Below are positions 35,321 through 46,963 of a DNA stretch of 64,000 bases, piece after piece. Position numbers and translations under genes: made by a program. The DNA is from an uncultured delta proteobacterium (lineage in GTDB: Bacteria; Desulfobacterota; WTBG01; CAIYCZ01): assembly GCA_963803975.1 (NCBI GenBank), contig CAWDOY010000003.1, positions 256,001 through 320,000 of the forward strand, written 5' to 3'. The notes beneath the pieces were generated by a model that was not told the origin of the DNA, did no database searches, and saw only the letters and a program-made list of their open reading frames with translations. The first letter of the stretch is position 1, and each line of letters begins with the position of its first letter.

Positions 35321-36910
35321 TTGAGAACAGATAAACTTTCCAGCTTTTTTCTAATTGCAGCAATACTACTACTATCTTTTTTTCTGTCCAATCATGCAAT
35401 AGCTGGCACTATTCAGCTTCCAAAGACCGGACAGACTGTGTTAGATGATCCTTCAACCACTACAACCACTGATTCCGGAACAGACACTACCACCACGACA
35501 GTTGAGCCGACCACCACGACTTCTACTGTTGAGCCAACGACCACTACAACCACTGATTCCGGCACGACCACCACCACGACAGTTGAGCCGACCACCACGA
35601 CTTCTACGGTTGGACCTACGACCACTACAACCACTGATTCCGGCACGAACACTACCACCACAAGACGGCCGACGACCACTACCACAAGACGGCCGACGAC
35701 CACCACGACAATACAGCCGACGACTACCACGACTTCTATGGTTACCGTTCCTCCTGTTGCAGTAAATGATACGTACAGCACCAACGCAAACACAACTTTG
35801 AATCTTGTCGCCCCAGGGGTGCTGAGCAACGACAACGATCCCAAGGGGGCGACCTTGACGGCACAACTGGAAAGCAGCACATCTCATGGTTCCCTCACGC
35901 TCAGTTCCGATGGATCTTTCGTCTATACACCGGTAGTGGACTATGTGGGGAGCGACAGCTTTACCTACATGGCAAACAATGGGACAACAAATAGTACTGT
36001 TGCGACCGTGACCATTATTACGTCGAGCAGCAACGCTCTCTTTTCAGATGACTTTAGCCGTACTGATCTGACGCCCTGGGAGACTGCGTCGGGGACGTGG
36101 ACAATAACGGAAGAAGTGCTGCAAGGGTCGGGCGTCTCTGGCCAGTATTCTTATGCCTCTTATTCCACCACGCCTCAATGGACCGACTATACAGTGCAGG
36201 GGAGCATCCAGTTTCCTGCCGGGTCGTTCGGAGGGGGCATCGGCGGGCGTGTAGATCCGGCCACGGGCGCACACTATGGCGCATGGATCTACCCGGCAGG
36301 ATCGGGGGGCGGGTCGAGGCAGTTGAAACTGTGGAAATTCCGAAGCTGGACAGAACTCGATATAGATGCGCCGATGCAGCAGGTCAGCCTGCCTGATGTG
36401 GACACAGGCTGGCACACGCTCCAGATGGTTTTTATAGGTAATCGGATCCTGGTTTTATATGACGAGAAGTTTGTGATTGACTACACAGACACCGGCTACG
36501 ACAAAAGGGAACCATATTTAAATGGCGGGATCAGCGGAGATATGTGGATGCAGGGAGGCTCTAATTATGGATTAGGGCTCGACAACATAATTGTACGGTC
36601 CCTTGCAAGCAACACATTCACCACCACCACTATTCCCAACACCACAACTACTACTACAACACCAATACCTTTGCTATGTGCTGCAGAGGCAATCTATGGG
36701 GAGGACTCTGAACAGACAGAGCTGCTTAGGAAGTATCGGGATAAGGTATTGAGTAAGACTCCTGAGGGGCGAGAAATTATAAAAACCTATTATAAATTAT
36801 GCCCGATAATAATTAAGTTATTTGAACAGCGACCGTTGTTAAAGAATAAGGCCAAGGCGGTTATAGATAGTATGCTACCAGGGATCAGGAGGAAGGTGGA
36901 GGAGTCTTAA
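35321..36910 (+). CDS. Secreted Thr-rich protein: Ig/cadherin-like domain, lectin-like beta-sandwich, CFI-box-CTERM-like tail
   Basis: TTG start after GAGGAG; PVAVNDTY..GVLSND; LRKYRDKVL..EGREIIKTYY tail. Confidence 0.8.
   Translation: MRTDKLSSFFLIAAILLLSFFLSNHAIAGTIQLPKTGQTVLDDPSTTTTTDSGTDTTTTTVEPTTTTSTVEPTTTTTTDSGTTTTTTVEPTTTTSTVGPTTTTTTDSGTNTTTTRRPTTTTTRRPTTTTTIQPTTTTTSMVTVPPVAVNDTYSTNANTTLNLVAPGVLSNDNDPKGATLTAQLESSTSHGSLTLSSDGSFVYTPVVDYVGSDSFTYMANNGTTNSTVATVTIITSSSNALFSDDFSRTDLTPWETASGTWTITEEVLQGSGVSGQYSYASYSTTPQWTDYTVQGSIQFPAGSFGGGIGGRVDPATGAHYGAWIYPAGSGGGSRQLKLWKFRSWTELDIDAPMQQVSLPDVDTGWHTLQMVFIGNRILVLYDEKFVIDYTDTGYDKREPYLNGGISGDMWMQGGSNYGLGLDNIIVRSLASNTFTTTTIPNTTTTTTTPIPLLCAAEAIYGEDSEQTELLRKYRDKVLSKTPEGREIIKTYYKLCPIIIKLFEQRPLLKNKAKAVIDSMLPGIRRKVEES
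35452..35740 (+). repeat. Thr-rich linker repeats (TTTTTDSGT/TTTVEP; TTTTTRRP)
   Basis: accactacaaccactgattccgg x3; gttgagccgaccaccacgacttctac x2. Confidence 0.85.
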
Positions 36911-37132
36911 ATAACTGTAGTATGTCCTCTCTGGTGGTAAAAAACATACACCTCAATTGACTGTGAAATGCGGGGAAATTATTTTTCAACTATTTATATT
37001 TGTCACCCTATAAATTGTTGATTATTTTTTGCATTATTTATTTATTGACATTTAATTTATTATACTGCATAATATATATCAAAATATGTAGTCTAATCTA
37101 CTAAGATTAATCATCAAGAAGGGAGAAAAATT

Positions 37133-37885
37133 ATGTTAAGGAAAATATTTATAACCATGTTAATAGTTTCCGCTATATGCTTTTCAGGACTTTCCGCTTT
37201 CGCCTGCGATGCTGAATTATCTGCAAATTGCACTGGGTTCACATTTACAGGACAGGCAACGCATTACTGGCAGTCGTACTGTGTAACAAGTCTTTGCGTT
37301 GATTATAGCGTTACGCTCACAAATGCTGCCGGGGAGATCGTAACCACCAAAAGTGGGTCGAAAGAGTATTCAACTGCTGATCAGACAGATTGGGCGTTTG
37401 ATTTTACAATCACCGAAGACTGGGGCGAAGAGCGGTGCGGCTTAAATTTTGCGGCATATGGGGTTATAAAATACTATTTCAATTGTGATAGGAGTGTTAC
37501 AGATGAACTTTGGTATTACGAAAAAAACTTAGATCCAATAACATTTGACTGCTGTGCTACTGCCATCACCCTTGCCTCGTTTGATGCAAAACCGGGCAAC
37601 CTCAGCGTGAAACTCATGTGGGTGACTGGTGATGAGACTGACAACCTCGGCTTCAACATCTATCGCGCTGATGCGAAAGATGGTGAGTATGTAAAAATAA
37701 ACAGCTCTCTCATCGCATCAAAAGTCGGCTCAGGGCTTGGGACATCCTATGAGTTCACTGACAGTGATGTCAAGAACCGAAAAGCGTACGACTACAAGCT
37801 TGAGGATGTGGATATAAATGGCGTGAAGACCATGCACGGTCCAGTAAAAGCAGTGCCGAGGTTGATTTATGGTTTAGGAAAATAG
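37133..37885 (+). CDS. Secreted Cys-rich protein with C-terminal FN3-like domain
   Basis: Signal peptide; AITLASF..W.T..E.DNLGFNIYR..YKLEDVD. Confidence 0.8.
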   Translation: MLRKIFITMLIVSAICFSGLSAFACDAELSANCTGFTFTGQATHYWQSYCVTSLCVDYSVTLTNAAGEIVTTKSGSKEYSTADQTDWAFDFTITEDWGEERCGLNFAAYGVIKYYFNCDRSVTDELWYYEKNLDPITFDCCATAITLASFDAKPGNLSVKLMWVTGDETDNLGFNIYRADAKDGEYVKINSSLIASKVGSGLGTSYEFTDSDVKNRKAYDYKLEDVDINGVKTMHGPVKAVPRLIYGLGK

Positions 37886-37912
37886 CAGTACACTTTATAT
37901 TTACTGACAATA

Positions 37913-37951
37913 AAAGGCAGGGGCTTTAACACCGCTTCTGCCTTTCTTTTT
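37913..37951 (+). terminator. Intrinsic terminator
   Basis: aaaggcag/ctgccttt + T tract. Confidence 0.6.
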
Positions 37952-38167
37952 GCTTATTTAGATGGTACCCGCCCCACAGCTATGGCTGTAAGCTGGCCTT
38001 GCGGACAGCTTACAGAACCGGCTCTCTGTCTCCCCGCGTCTGCATCTTCGATGCTTGCTCACTATGTTCGCTGCGACAGCGTACAACCCCGCCTCTGTTT
38101 TGCCTATCGTGATAATATGCACTATGTTATCGGAGACAAGAAGCGTGAACGCTAAAAAGCGGGACGC

Positions 38168-41100
38168 CCCATAAGAAGTTTAGTTTGATTGGCGATAGTG
38201 TCCCCAGTGTCTGCGCCATGACGTGCGCACCCAAAGAAAAAGCAGGGCCATTTCTGACCCTGCTTCTTTACTGTATTCTATCGGTACGTAATTAAAGCTT
38301 TAGAAACGAATGTTAGAACCTTGATACGATAAATGGAATTGATCCACACTGGCCCTGGCCAAGATTTATATTATAGGTGCCCGGCTGTATACCCCAGAAC
38401 AGTATAGTTGCCTCTATCGTATTACCGACCACATCACAGGAAATAATTCTAATACCCCGTGGCGCATTTTGAATATTGAGATCAGCACAGGTGATGCCCA
38501 GTGATTCCAGATCAGTATTCAGCGTTAAGGTTACCCTTCTGATGCGCGGCAGCAGGCCGAAACCAATCTTTACACCAGAGGGCTGAATGCTCTTAATCTG
38601 ACATTCTGTTGAAGCGGTGGTGGTCGTGGTAGTTATCGCAGCCGTCGTGGTTGTCGTGGCCGGAACCGTGGTAGTAATAGCCGGAACCGTTGTTGTAGTA
38701 ACCGCCGGGGTGGTAGTGCTATTGCCGCCGCCACCACCGCCACCGCCGCTTGTTGTTGTGGTCGTAGTCGGTTGCACAGTGGAAGTCGTGGTTGGCGCCG
38801 GAGCGGTTATGGTAAATGCCCCAGTACAGGTTATTGTTTCAAGGTTAGTGGTTGCAATAACATCACAAGCTCCCAAAGGCGCATCCGAGGCAATGGTAAT
38901 ATTTGCAACAGTTTGGGTTATAGAATTTACTATTGGTGTGTCGTTGACCGTAATATAAGAGGTTGTGCCCGCGCACATAAATGACACAGCGGTTAATCCA
39001 TCCTCAAAATTGGTGTTTGAGCCGGTAATGGTCACTTCACGGGTTGCTCCCTGTTCTGCCGATGGAGGATCAACGCCCACGCAGCCTGGTACTATGGCAA
39101 ATGCCCCAGTACAGGTTATTGTTTCAAGGTTAGTGGTTGCAATCACATCACATGCACCCAAAGGCGCATCATCAGCAATGGTAATATTTGCAATAGCTTC
39201 TGTTGTAGAATTTACTATTGGTGTGCCGTTGACCGTAATATAAGAGGTTGTGCCCGCGCACATAAATGACACTGCGGTTAATCCATCCTCAAAATTGGTG
39301 TCTACCCCGGTGATGGTCACATCAAGAGTTTCTCTCTGAGCTGCCGATGCAGGAGCAACGCCACCGCAGCCTGGCACCGGAGCGGTTATGACAAATCCCT
39401 CAGTGCAGGTTACTGTTTCAGCTCCTGTGGTTACCGTCACATCACATGCTCCCAGTGTCGCATCTTCGGCAATGGTAATATTTGCAATAACTTCTGTTGG
39501 AGAATTTACTTGTGTGCTGTTGACCGTAATATAAGAGGTTGTGCCCGCGCACATAAATGACACCGCGGTTAATCCATCCGCAAAATTGGTGTCTGACGCC
39601 GGTGATGGTCACATCAAGGGTTGCTCCCTGTTCTGCCGATGGAGGAACAACGCCCGCGCAGCCTGGGGTTGTCACTGAGATATTATCGACTGCGATCGTA
39701 TACGGCGTGGAGCCCGTCCACCAATCCGCACTGATACCGCCACTTAAATAAGGCGCAGGGAGTCAAAATCATTATCTGTCACGTCGATCTTCGGGCTCCC
39801 CCGTTGTAGTAAACGAGGATACGGTTCCCTGTGAAGGTCATCTTGAGCGTGTGCCAGCCTGTGCCCACATCAGGCAGGTCGACCTGCTGCATCGGTTCGC
39901 TGCTGCCGAGGTCCGTCGGGCCCTGGAACTTCCACAGTTTCAACATCTTCGACCCGCCCAGCCGATCCTGTCGGGTAGACCCACGCGCCATAGTGGGCGC
40001 CTGTGACCGGGTCTACACGCCCGCCGATGCCCCCTCCGAACGACCCGGCAGGAATTCTGGATTTCCCCCTGCACCGTGTAGTCGGTCCATTGCGGCGTGG
40101 TGGAATAATAGGCATAAGAATAGCTGTTCGCGCCACCCGATCCTTGCAGCACTTCTCCCGTTATTGTCCACGTCCCCGACGCAATCTCCCAGGGGAGCAG
40201 ATCACCATCGCTAAAGTTATCCGTAAATAAGGTCTCGGCGTTTGCCGCAGGCAGCATGCAGAGACAGCCGATAAGTAAAACAGCGAGAAATGTTTTTTCT
40301 GAAAAGTACTTAAACATAACGTGATTCCTCCTTTTTAAATAAGGTGGCCATTAAATTTATAATTTTTATAAAATTACTCTACAAGTTGTGGCAAGTCAAG
40401 TCTTTTGTTGAGTGTAGATGAGTGGTAGATAGTGCAGAGGGTGTATAGAGGCGTTTTGAAATGGTTGCCCATAAGAAGTTTAATTTGATTGGCGATAGTG
40501 TCCTCAGTGTCTGCGCCATGCCGTGCGCACCCAAAGAAAAAGCAGGGCCATTTCTGACCCTGCTTCTTTACTGTCTTCTATCGGTACGTAATTAAAGCTT
40601 TAGAAACGAATGTTAGAACCTTGATACGATAAACGGAATTGATCCACACTGGCCCTGGCCAAGATTTATATTATAGGTGCCCGGCTGTATACCCCAGAAC
40701 AGTATAGTTGCCTCTATCGTATTACCGACCACATCACAGGAAATAATTCTAATACCCCGTGGCGCATTTTGAATATTGAGATCAGCACAGGTGATGCCCA
40801 GTGATTCCAGATCAGTATTCAGCGTTAAGGTTACCCTTCTGATGCGCGGCAGCAGGCCGAAACCAATCTTTACACCAGAGGGCTGAATGCTCTTAATCTG
40901 ACATTCTGTTGAAGCGGTGGTGGTCGTGGTAGTTATCGCAGCCGTCGTGGTTGTCGTGGCCGGAACCGTGGTAGTAATAGCCGGAACCGTCGTTGTAGTA
41001 ACCGCCGGGGTGGTTGTGGTAGTGCTATTGCCGCCGCCTCCGCCGCCTCCACCGCCTGAAGTTGAAGTCGTAGTTGTTGTCACCGGAGCAGCATTTATGG

Positions 41101-41291
41101 TAAATGCCCCAGTACAGGTTATTGTTTCAAGGTTAGTGGTTGCAATAACATCACAAGCTCCCAAAGGCGCATCCGAGGCAATGGTAATATTTGCAACAGT
41201 TTGGGTTATAGAATTTACTATTGGTGTGTCGTTGACCGTAATATAAGAGGTTGTGCCCGCGCACATAAATGACACAGCGGTTAATCCATCC
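38168..41291. repeat. Near-identical duplication: 38168-38714 = 40468-41014 (offset 2300) and 38808-39003 = 41097-41291
   Basis: Direct comparison; covers 3' UTR, terminator and C-terminal coding region of two paralogs. Confidence 0.95.
38313..40317 (-). CDS. Surface protein paralog 1: lectin-like domain + three Ig/IPT-like modules + Thr linker + C-terminal domain (frameshifted)
   Basis: Signal MFKYFSEK..AANA; CxGVxPxSAxQxxTxxVTITG modules x3; ends PFIVSRF. Confidence 0.8.
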
Positions 41292-43102
41292 GCAAAATTG
41301 GTGTCTACCCCGGTGATGGTCACTTCAAGATTGGTAGCTCCCTGAGCTCCGGATGCAGGAGCAACGCCCGCGCAGCTTGGCGCTACCGTTACTGTAACGG
41401 TATAATCTTGAGTTGAGGCATCTGCTGCGGTGACGGTATAAGTTACCGGACTTGTGAAATCTGAGCTACGCCACTTAACGGACTAACTGATTCTCCGGTG
41501 ATAGTAATGGTTGGCAAAGAGCAGTAAGATCGGTGCCATACGGAACGGTTACTGCGATAGTGTGAGCAACTTTCATACCGGTTGTGCCTCTTGAGAAGGA
41601 ATAGAAAATGCGGTGATATCCTTTGCAGAATTAAGCGCTACCGTTACTGTAACGGTATAATCTTTTGTTGAGGCATCCGCTGCGGTGACGGTATAAGTTA
41701 CCGGAGTTGTGAAATCTTGAGCTACGCCACTTAATGGACTTACACTCGCTCCGGTGTGAGTTATAGTTGGCACAAGATCAGTAACATGGTGCCATACGGC
41801 ATGGTTACTGCGATTGTATCAGCACTTTCATTGATTGTTGTTGTGCCTACTTGAGAAGGAATAGTAAATGCGGTGATAGCCTTTGCAGGATTAGGCGCTA
41901 CCGTTACCGTAACGGTATAAGTTTTTGTTGTAGTATCCTCTGCGGTGACGGTGTAAATTACTGGACTTGTAAAATTCTGTGCTACGCCACTTGCTGGACT
42001 TACACTCGCTGCTGGAGATACAGTTATAGTTGGCACAAGAGCAGTAACATTGGTTACATAAGGCATGGTTACTGCGATTGTACGAGCACCTTCATTGATT
42101 GTTGTTGTGCCTACTTGAGAAGGAATAGTAAATGCGGTGATATTATTTTCAGAAGAAGCATCTTCTATGGTAAATGCCCCCGGGCAGGTTACTATTTCAG
42201 TGCCCGTGGTTACCGTCACATCACGTGCTCCAAATGTTGCACCAGGCGCAATGGTGATATTGGCAACTGCTGTGGTTGGAGAACTTACGCTTGTGCTGTT
42301 GACCTTAATGTCGGTGCCGCTAAAGGAAGCAACGCTAACACCATTCACGAAATTGGTGTCTGTACCGGTAATCGTCACATCAAGGGTTGCCCCCTGTTTT
42401 GCCGTTGCAGGAGCAACACCATCGCAGCCCGGGGTTGTCACTAAGATATTATCAACTGCGATCGTATACGGCGGCGGTGTCCTAAAGTAAAGCAATCCGC
42501 GCTGATACCGCCACTCGCATAAGGAGCACGGGAGTCAAAATCATTGTCTGTCACGTTCGATCTCCAATCCATCATCGTAATAAACCTTGATTTGGTTTCC
42601 TGTGAAGGTCATCTTCAGCGTGTGCTGGCCTATGCCCACAGGAGGGAGGTCGACTTCATCCATCATACTTGTCATTAAATCAATGTCAGTCCAGCTTCGG
42701 AACTTCCACAATTTCAAAACACTTACAACTGGTTTTCCGCCCACTGAATCAGGCGGGTAGACCCACGCGCCATAGTGGGCGCCCGTGGCTGGGTTTACAC
42801 GACCGCCAATGCCCCCGCCGAACAACGAGTCAGCCGGAATCTGGATATCCCCTTCAACCGTGTAGTCAGTCCCATGTCGGTCATCGTAATAGGCATAAGA
42901 ATACGTGTTCGCGGTAACCCGATCCTTGCAGCACTCATCCCGCAGCCGTCCCACGTCCCCATCGATTCACCCAAGAGGAGTCCAGATCACCATTGCTAAA
43001 GGTATCCTAAATAAGGTCGTCGGCGTTTGCCGCAGGCAGCATGCAGAGACAGCCGATAAGTAAAACAGCGAGAAATAATTTTCCTGAATAGTTCTTAAAC
43101 AT
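40613..43102 (-). CDS. Surface protein paralog 2: same ends plus three DUF5018-like Ig modules (frameshifted)
   Basis: Signal MFKNYSGK..AANA; ITAFxIPSQ..YTVTAxD..YTVTVTVA x3; C-terminus identical to paralog 1. Confidence 0.8.
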
Positions 43103-43178
43103 AACGTGGTTCCTCCTTTTAAATAAGTGACTATTAAATTTATATCTCTTAAGCCAATTGCAAAAGTATTCAAGAAAA

Positions 43179-43256
43179 GGGATTGCTTCGCTTCGCTCGC
43201 AAAGACAAATGGCTTCTTTGCGATCATTGCGAGGAGTGTAGCGACAAAGCAATCTC
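43179..43256. repeat. REP/MITE-like palindromic element
   Basis: gattgcttcgcttcgctcgcaaagac ... tcattgcgaggagtgtagcgacaaagcaatc, a widespread short palindrome type; absent from paralog 1 leader. Confidence 0.7.
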
Positions 43257-43401
43257 TCAATCTACTAAATTTGACTTTTGTAACTCTCATATAAAAAATA
43301 TCTACCAAATTAGAGCAGGTAAAGTGGAGCAAGTCAAGTTTTTGTATCACAAAACTTACCTGAAAAAGGAATTGTACGGCCGCAAGTGCCTTATCGCTTT
43401 G

Positions 43402-46400
43402 CTACTCGATAACCAGATTTCCGGTACATATCTCATTTCCCGTTGTCACCGTCACGGCCTTGTTGCCAGCCGGCAGCCGCATCTTCGATGGCACCAGCGC
43501 CAGCACCCGGATCTCGCTCTTGTTCCGTGACAGAGGGATAATGGTGGTGATGCCCTGAATCTTCACGGCACTGGTGCTGTCCCAGTTGGAGTTTGTGCCT
43601 GAGATGGTAAAGATATTGATCCGCGGCATTATGACGCCGTTGCGGAACGTGCCCGGGCTCACGATCAAGGTACAGGGGGGCTTTGCATTAACCGTAAATG
43701 CGTTTTCACAAATGATGTTTGTAGTGCCTGTTCCATTGGTCACGGTTATATTTCCCGTGCACTGCGGCGCATCTGCAGCAGCCGTGATGTTCACGGTTAT
43801 CCGGGTGGCACTATTCACGGTTACGCTGTTTATTGTTATACCCGTGCACCCGAAAGTTACATTAACGCCGCTCACCTGGGTCAAGTCAATATTTTGTACT
43901 GCTACGGTTACATCAACCGTGACACCGGCATCAACTGCAGAAGGTGCAACGCTCACGCACTCAGGCGGTAGCGGCAGGGGGATACTGGTCGTGGTGGTTG
44001 TTGTAATAATCGATGTAGTTGCTGCTGATGTCGTCGAACTGGTGGTGTTTGCACCGCCACCACCGTGACCACCGCCTGAGGTTGAAGTCGTAGTAGATGA
44101 TGTGCTTGAGGTAGTTGGCAGTACCGATGTAGTAGTTGTTGTCGGCAGCTCTGTCGTGGTTGTAGTCGTTGGCTGAACCGTGGTTGTGGTTGTCACCTGA
44201 GCAGCAGTTTTCGTAAAGGCCGCAGTGCAGATTACTATTTCAGCTCCCGTGGTTACCGTCACATCGCATGCTCCCAAAGGCGCATCAGCGGCAATGGTAA
44301 TATTTGCAATAACTTCTGTTGAAGAAGTAACCGTTATGCTGTTGACTGTAATACCTGTACAGAAAGACGCAATTGAAGCGAGTGTGAAATTGGTGTCTGT
44401 ACCGGTGATGGTCACATCAAGGGTTGCTCCCTGATCTGCCGATAAAGGAGCAACGCCCGCGCAGCCGGGTGACGGTATGGTAGTTGTTGTCTCAACCGTC
44501 GTGGTTGTGGTTGTCGGCTGAACCGAAGAAGTCGTGGTTGTGGGCAGAACCGAAGTAGTTGTGGTTGTCGGCTGAACCGTAGTAGTCGTGGTCGTCGACA
44601 CGGGATAATTGATTGTGTACTGAACTTCCGCGCTGGAAGGTGAAGCGCCGACTCGAACCCTTATCGCGTTCCCGACCGTGCGGTATTCCGCGGGGTCAGC
44701 TGGTGCATCATTTATTAAAACCTGGAGATTGCTGGCGTTGCCATTGGGAACGACTACTTCAATGGCAGTATCAGGGTCAGTGGCCCCGGTGATCGTGGCT
44801 TGTGCACTGACGGTATCGCCGATCACGCTATACGATGGCGTAACAACAGCAGGAGACCGCACCTGCCACCAGTCAGCTATTTCCACTGCATTGGATGACC
44901 ACATCCGGGGTTTAGCGACACAATACTCAGCATATTCACCTATCAGGGTGCCAGCGTTCGAGACTTTATGACTGTAAAGATTGATCATGGCACCGAGATT
45001 ATAATAGAAATCAACTGCTGCCTTCATCGAATCCGTTGTGTGACCCCATTCAATGGCACCGGGGATCTCAGTGCCAACATACCATTCGCTCGCCGGAAGC
45101 GAAACCTGCGCATAACGCTTGCCCGGTGTTTCGTATGATATGGTCATGTGTGGAAAGGGGCCGATTTTTTGTTCACCCCTGCTCGAGGCCACTGCACCCA
45201 GTTCTTCCAGAATTTGGTATGAACCTTCCCGCGTCGAGTTAAAGTACGGAGAAGCCCAGAGACGGGGGCAGTTGCCTGCCGAACCGCATCCGTCCCGGCC
45301 ATTGTCCACTCCTGCCAGCCATCCTTCTATATCCTGAAAGGAAACCAGAATAGATGCTGAAGCATATGCTTTGCCGCTGGGATAGCCCGGCGGAGTCACG
45401 TCCAGTGCCTCGTCCGGTCCCCAGTGCCAGTAATCGAAGGAATTCATAGACAGAGCGTCATTCACCGGATTCTTTAAACCGCCATTATGTGATCCAATCG
45501 TTGCCCCGTAGTTTGTGACAGCGCTCCGCAGACTCGCAATGACCGTGCTTTGGTCAATAAGCATTTCATCTCTGAGAGTGCCCGTACAGAAGAAGTAATC
45601 GCCCTTTACACCGAGGTCGTGTTCGTAAAAAGCGGAACTCTCGATGGATCGGATCGAATCTTGGTAGTTCTCAAAGTCATGCCGGACGATAAAAGCCGCA
45701 TCATATCCGTATGGCCACGGACTGAGCTTAATGATCGGAATATTAGCAGCCTCGAAAGCCCACTCAATTGCATTACGGTAAATAAGATATGCATACATGG
45801 ACGGGTCATAAACCCCGTGCCCGATAAGCGGCTGCGCTTCGCCATCGTAGATGAAATTGCCAGTGCCGTATGGCCTGGTCGCAAGCAGCGGACCTTGATT
45901 GCCATTGGCAATGACAGTAGTGCCGCTGTCGGCAGCAACCTGGAACACGTAGTGCTGCCCGTGAACGGAGTGGCTGGGCGATACACCCAGAGGAAATCTC
46001 GTCTGAGCTGATGGGCATGCGCCAGGATAATGTACCTGTCGGGATATGGGCGACCAGACGGTGATTAGCAACCTTGCTGAACGCCATGTTTAAGCCCCAG
46101 TTTTCAAGGGAAGAAGCATGCACCATGTGCAATCCAAGCTCATTAGCCAGAGCAAAATCCCCTCTCGTGGTACCGTCAGGGTTACGCGTAAATGCCGATG
46201 AGCCGACGAACAGGAACCCGCCCGCAGCCACGTAATTACGCAGCGGGGCAATCTCGTTAGTAGCGATCGCTTCCGAGGCAAGGCTGATCAGTATCGGGTA
46301 TCTGGGTAACCCATCGGGGAACTGGAGACTTCCAGCTGCAATATCAGCATCGCTCACCTCAACAAATGGTGTGCCATCTGAGCGAAGCGCCTCTTTTAAT

Positions 46401-46672
46401 GATTCAGGCAGTACAAAATAATGCCACGAAGTCCACCATCCATTATGTGTCGTGTCTAAAGCTTGGGTCAGTTCAGAAACGTGGATGGCAACCACGGGCT
46501 CGGGGGGCTGCGCGATCGCCTGGAACGGTATAGCGAGATGAACTGTGAAAATACAGCTCAACGCCACTGCCAATAGAACAATGCTTTTCAGCAGCATGTG
46601 AGATCGAACGTGCTTGCTCGACCGGCTATTAACAGCTGCCTTTGATCTGCAGCCTATTACTCTCGTTTTCAT
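43402..46672 (-). CDS. Large secreted protein: polysaccharide-deacetylase-like barrel, Thr linkers and Ig/IPT-like modules (frameshift near 45990)
   Basis: Signal peptide; AFIVRHDFE, IGSHNGG; shares CAGVAP.SA.QGATLDVTITG module with paralogs 1 and 2. Confidence 0.72.
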
Positions 46673-46963
46673 TATAACTTCTGCATTTTTCAGGTTATAG
46701 GGCCGACGGTCCACATGAACTAACATATGTTTGAAGAGTTTTGCAATTGGCTCAGATTCATATATACATTTTTAGTTGCGGTTAGATGTAAGTATACTAT
46801 ATATATTAATATAATTCAATAACAATAATTCATATTTTGAAAAAAATGAACGGTTTCAACCCCGTTCCCCTCTCTTGCGACAGATTTTTTATTTACACAA
46901 AATCACCCCAAGCCTATGCTTAGCCCATCTAAAAGCAAGTTCTTATTAACTAACGTACTTTAC

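Noticed and set aside
35413..35887. Val-rich antisense ORFs (also 38617-38958 and 40917-41246)
   Set aside because: These are shadows of Thr-codon repeats on the coding strand.
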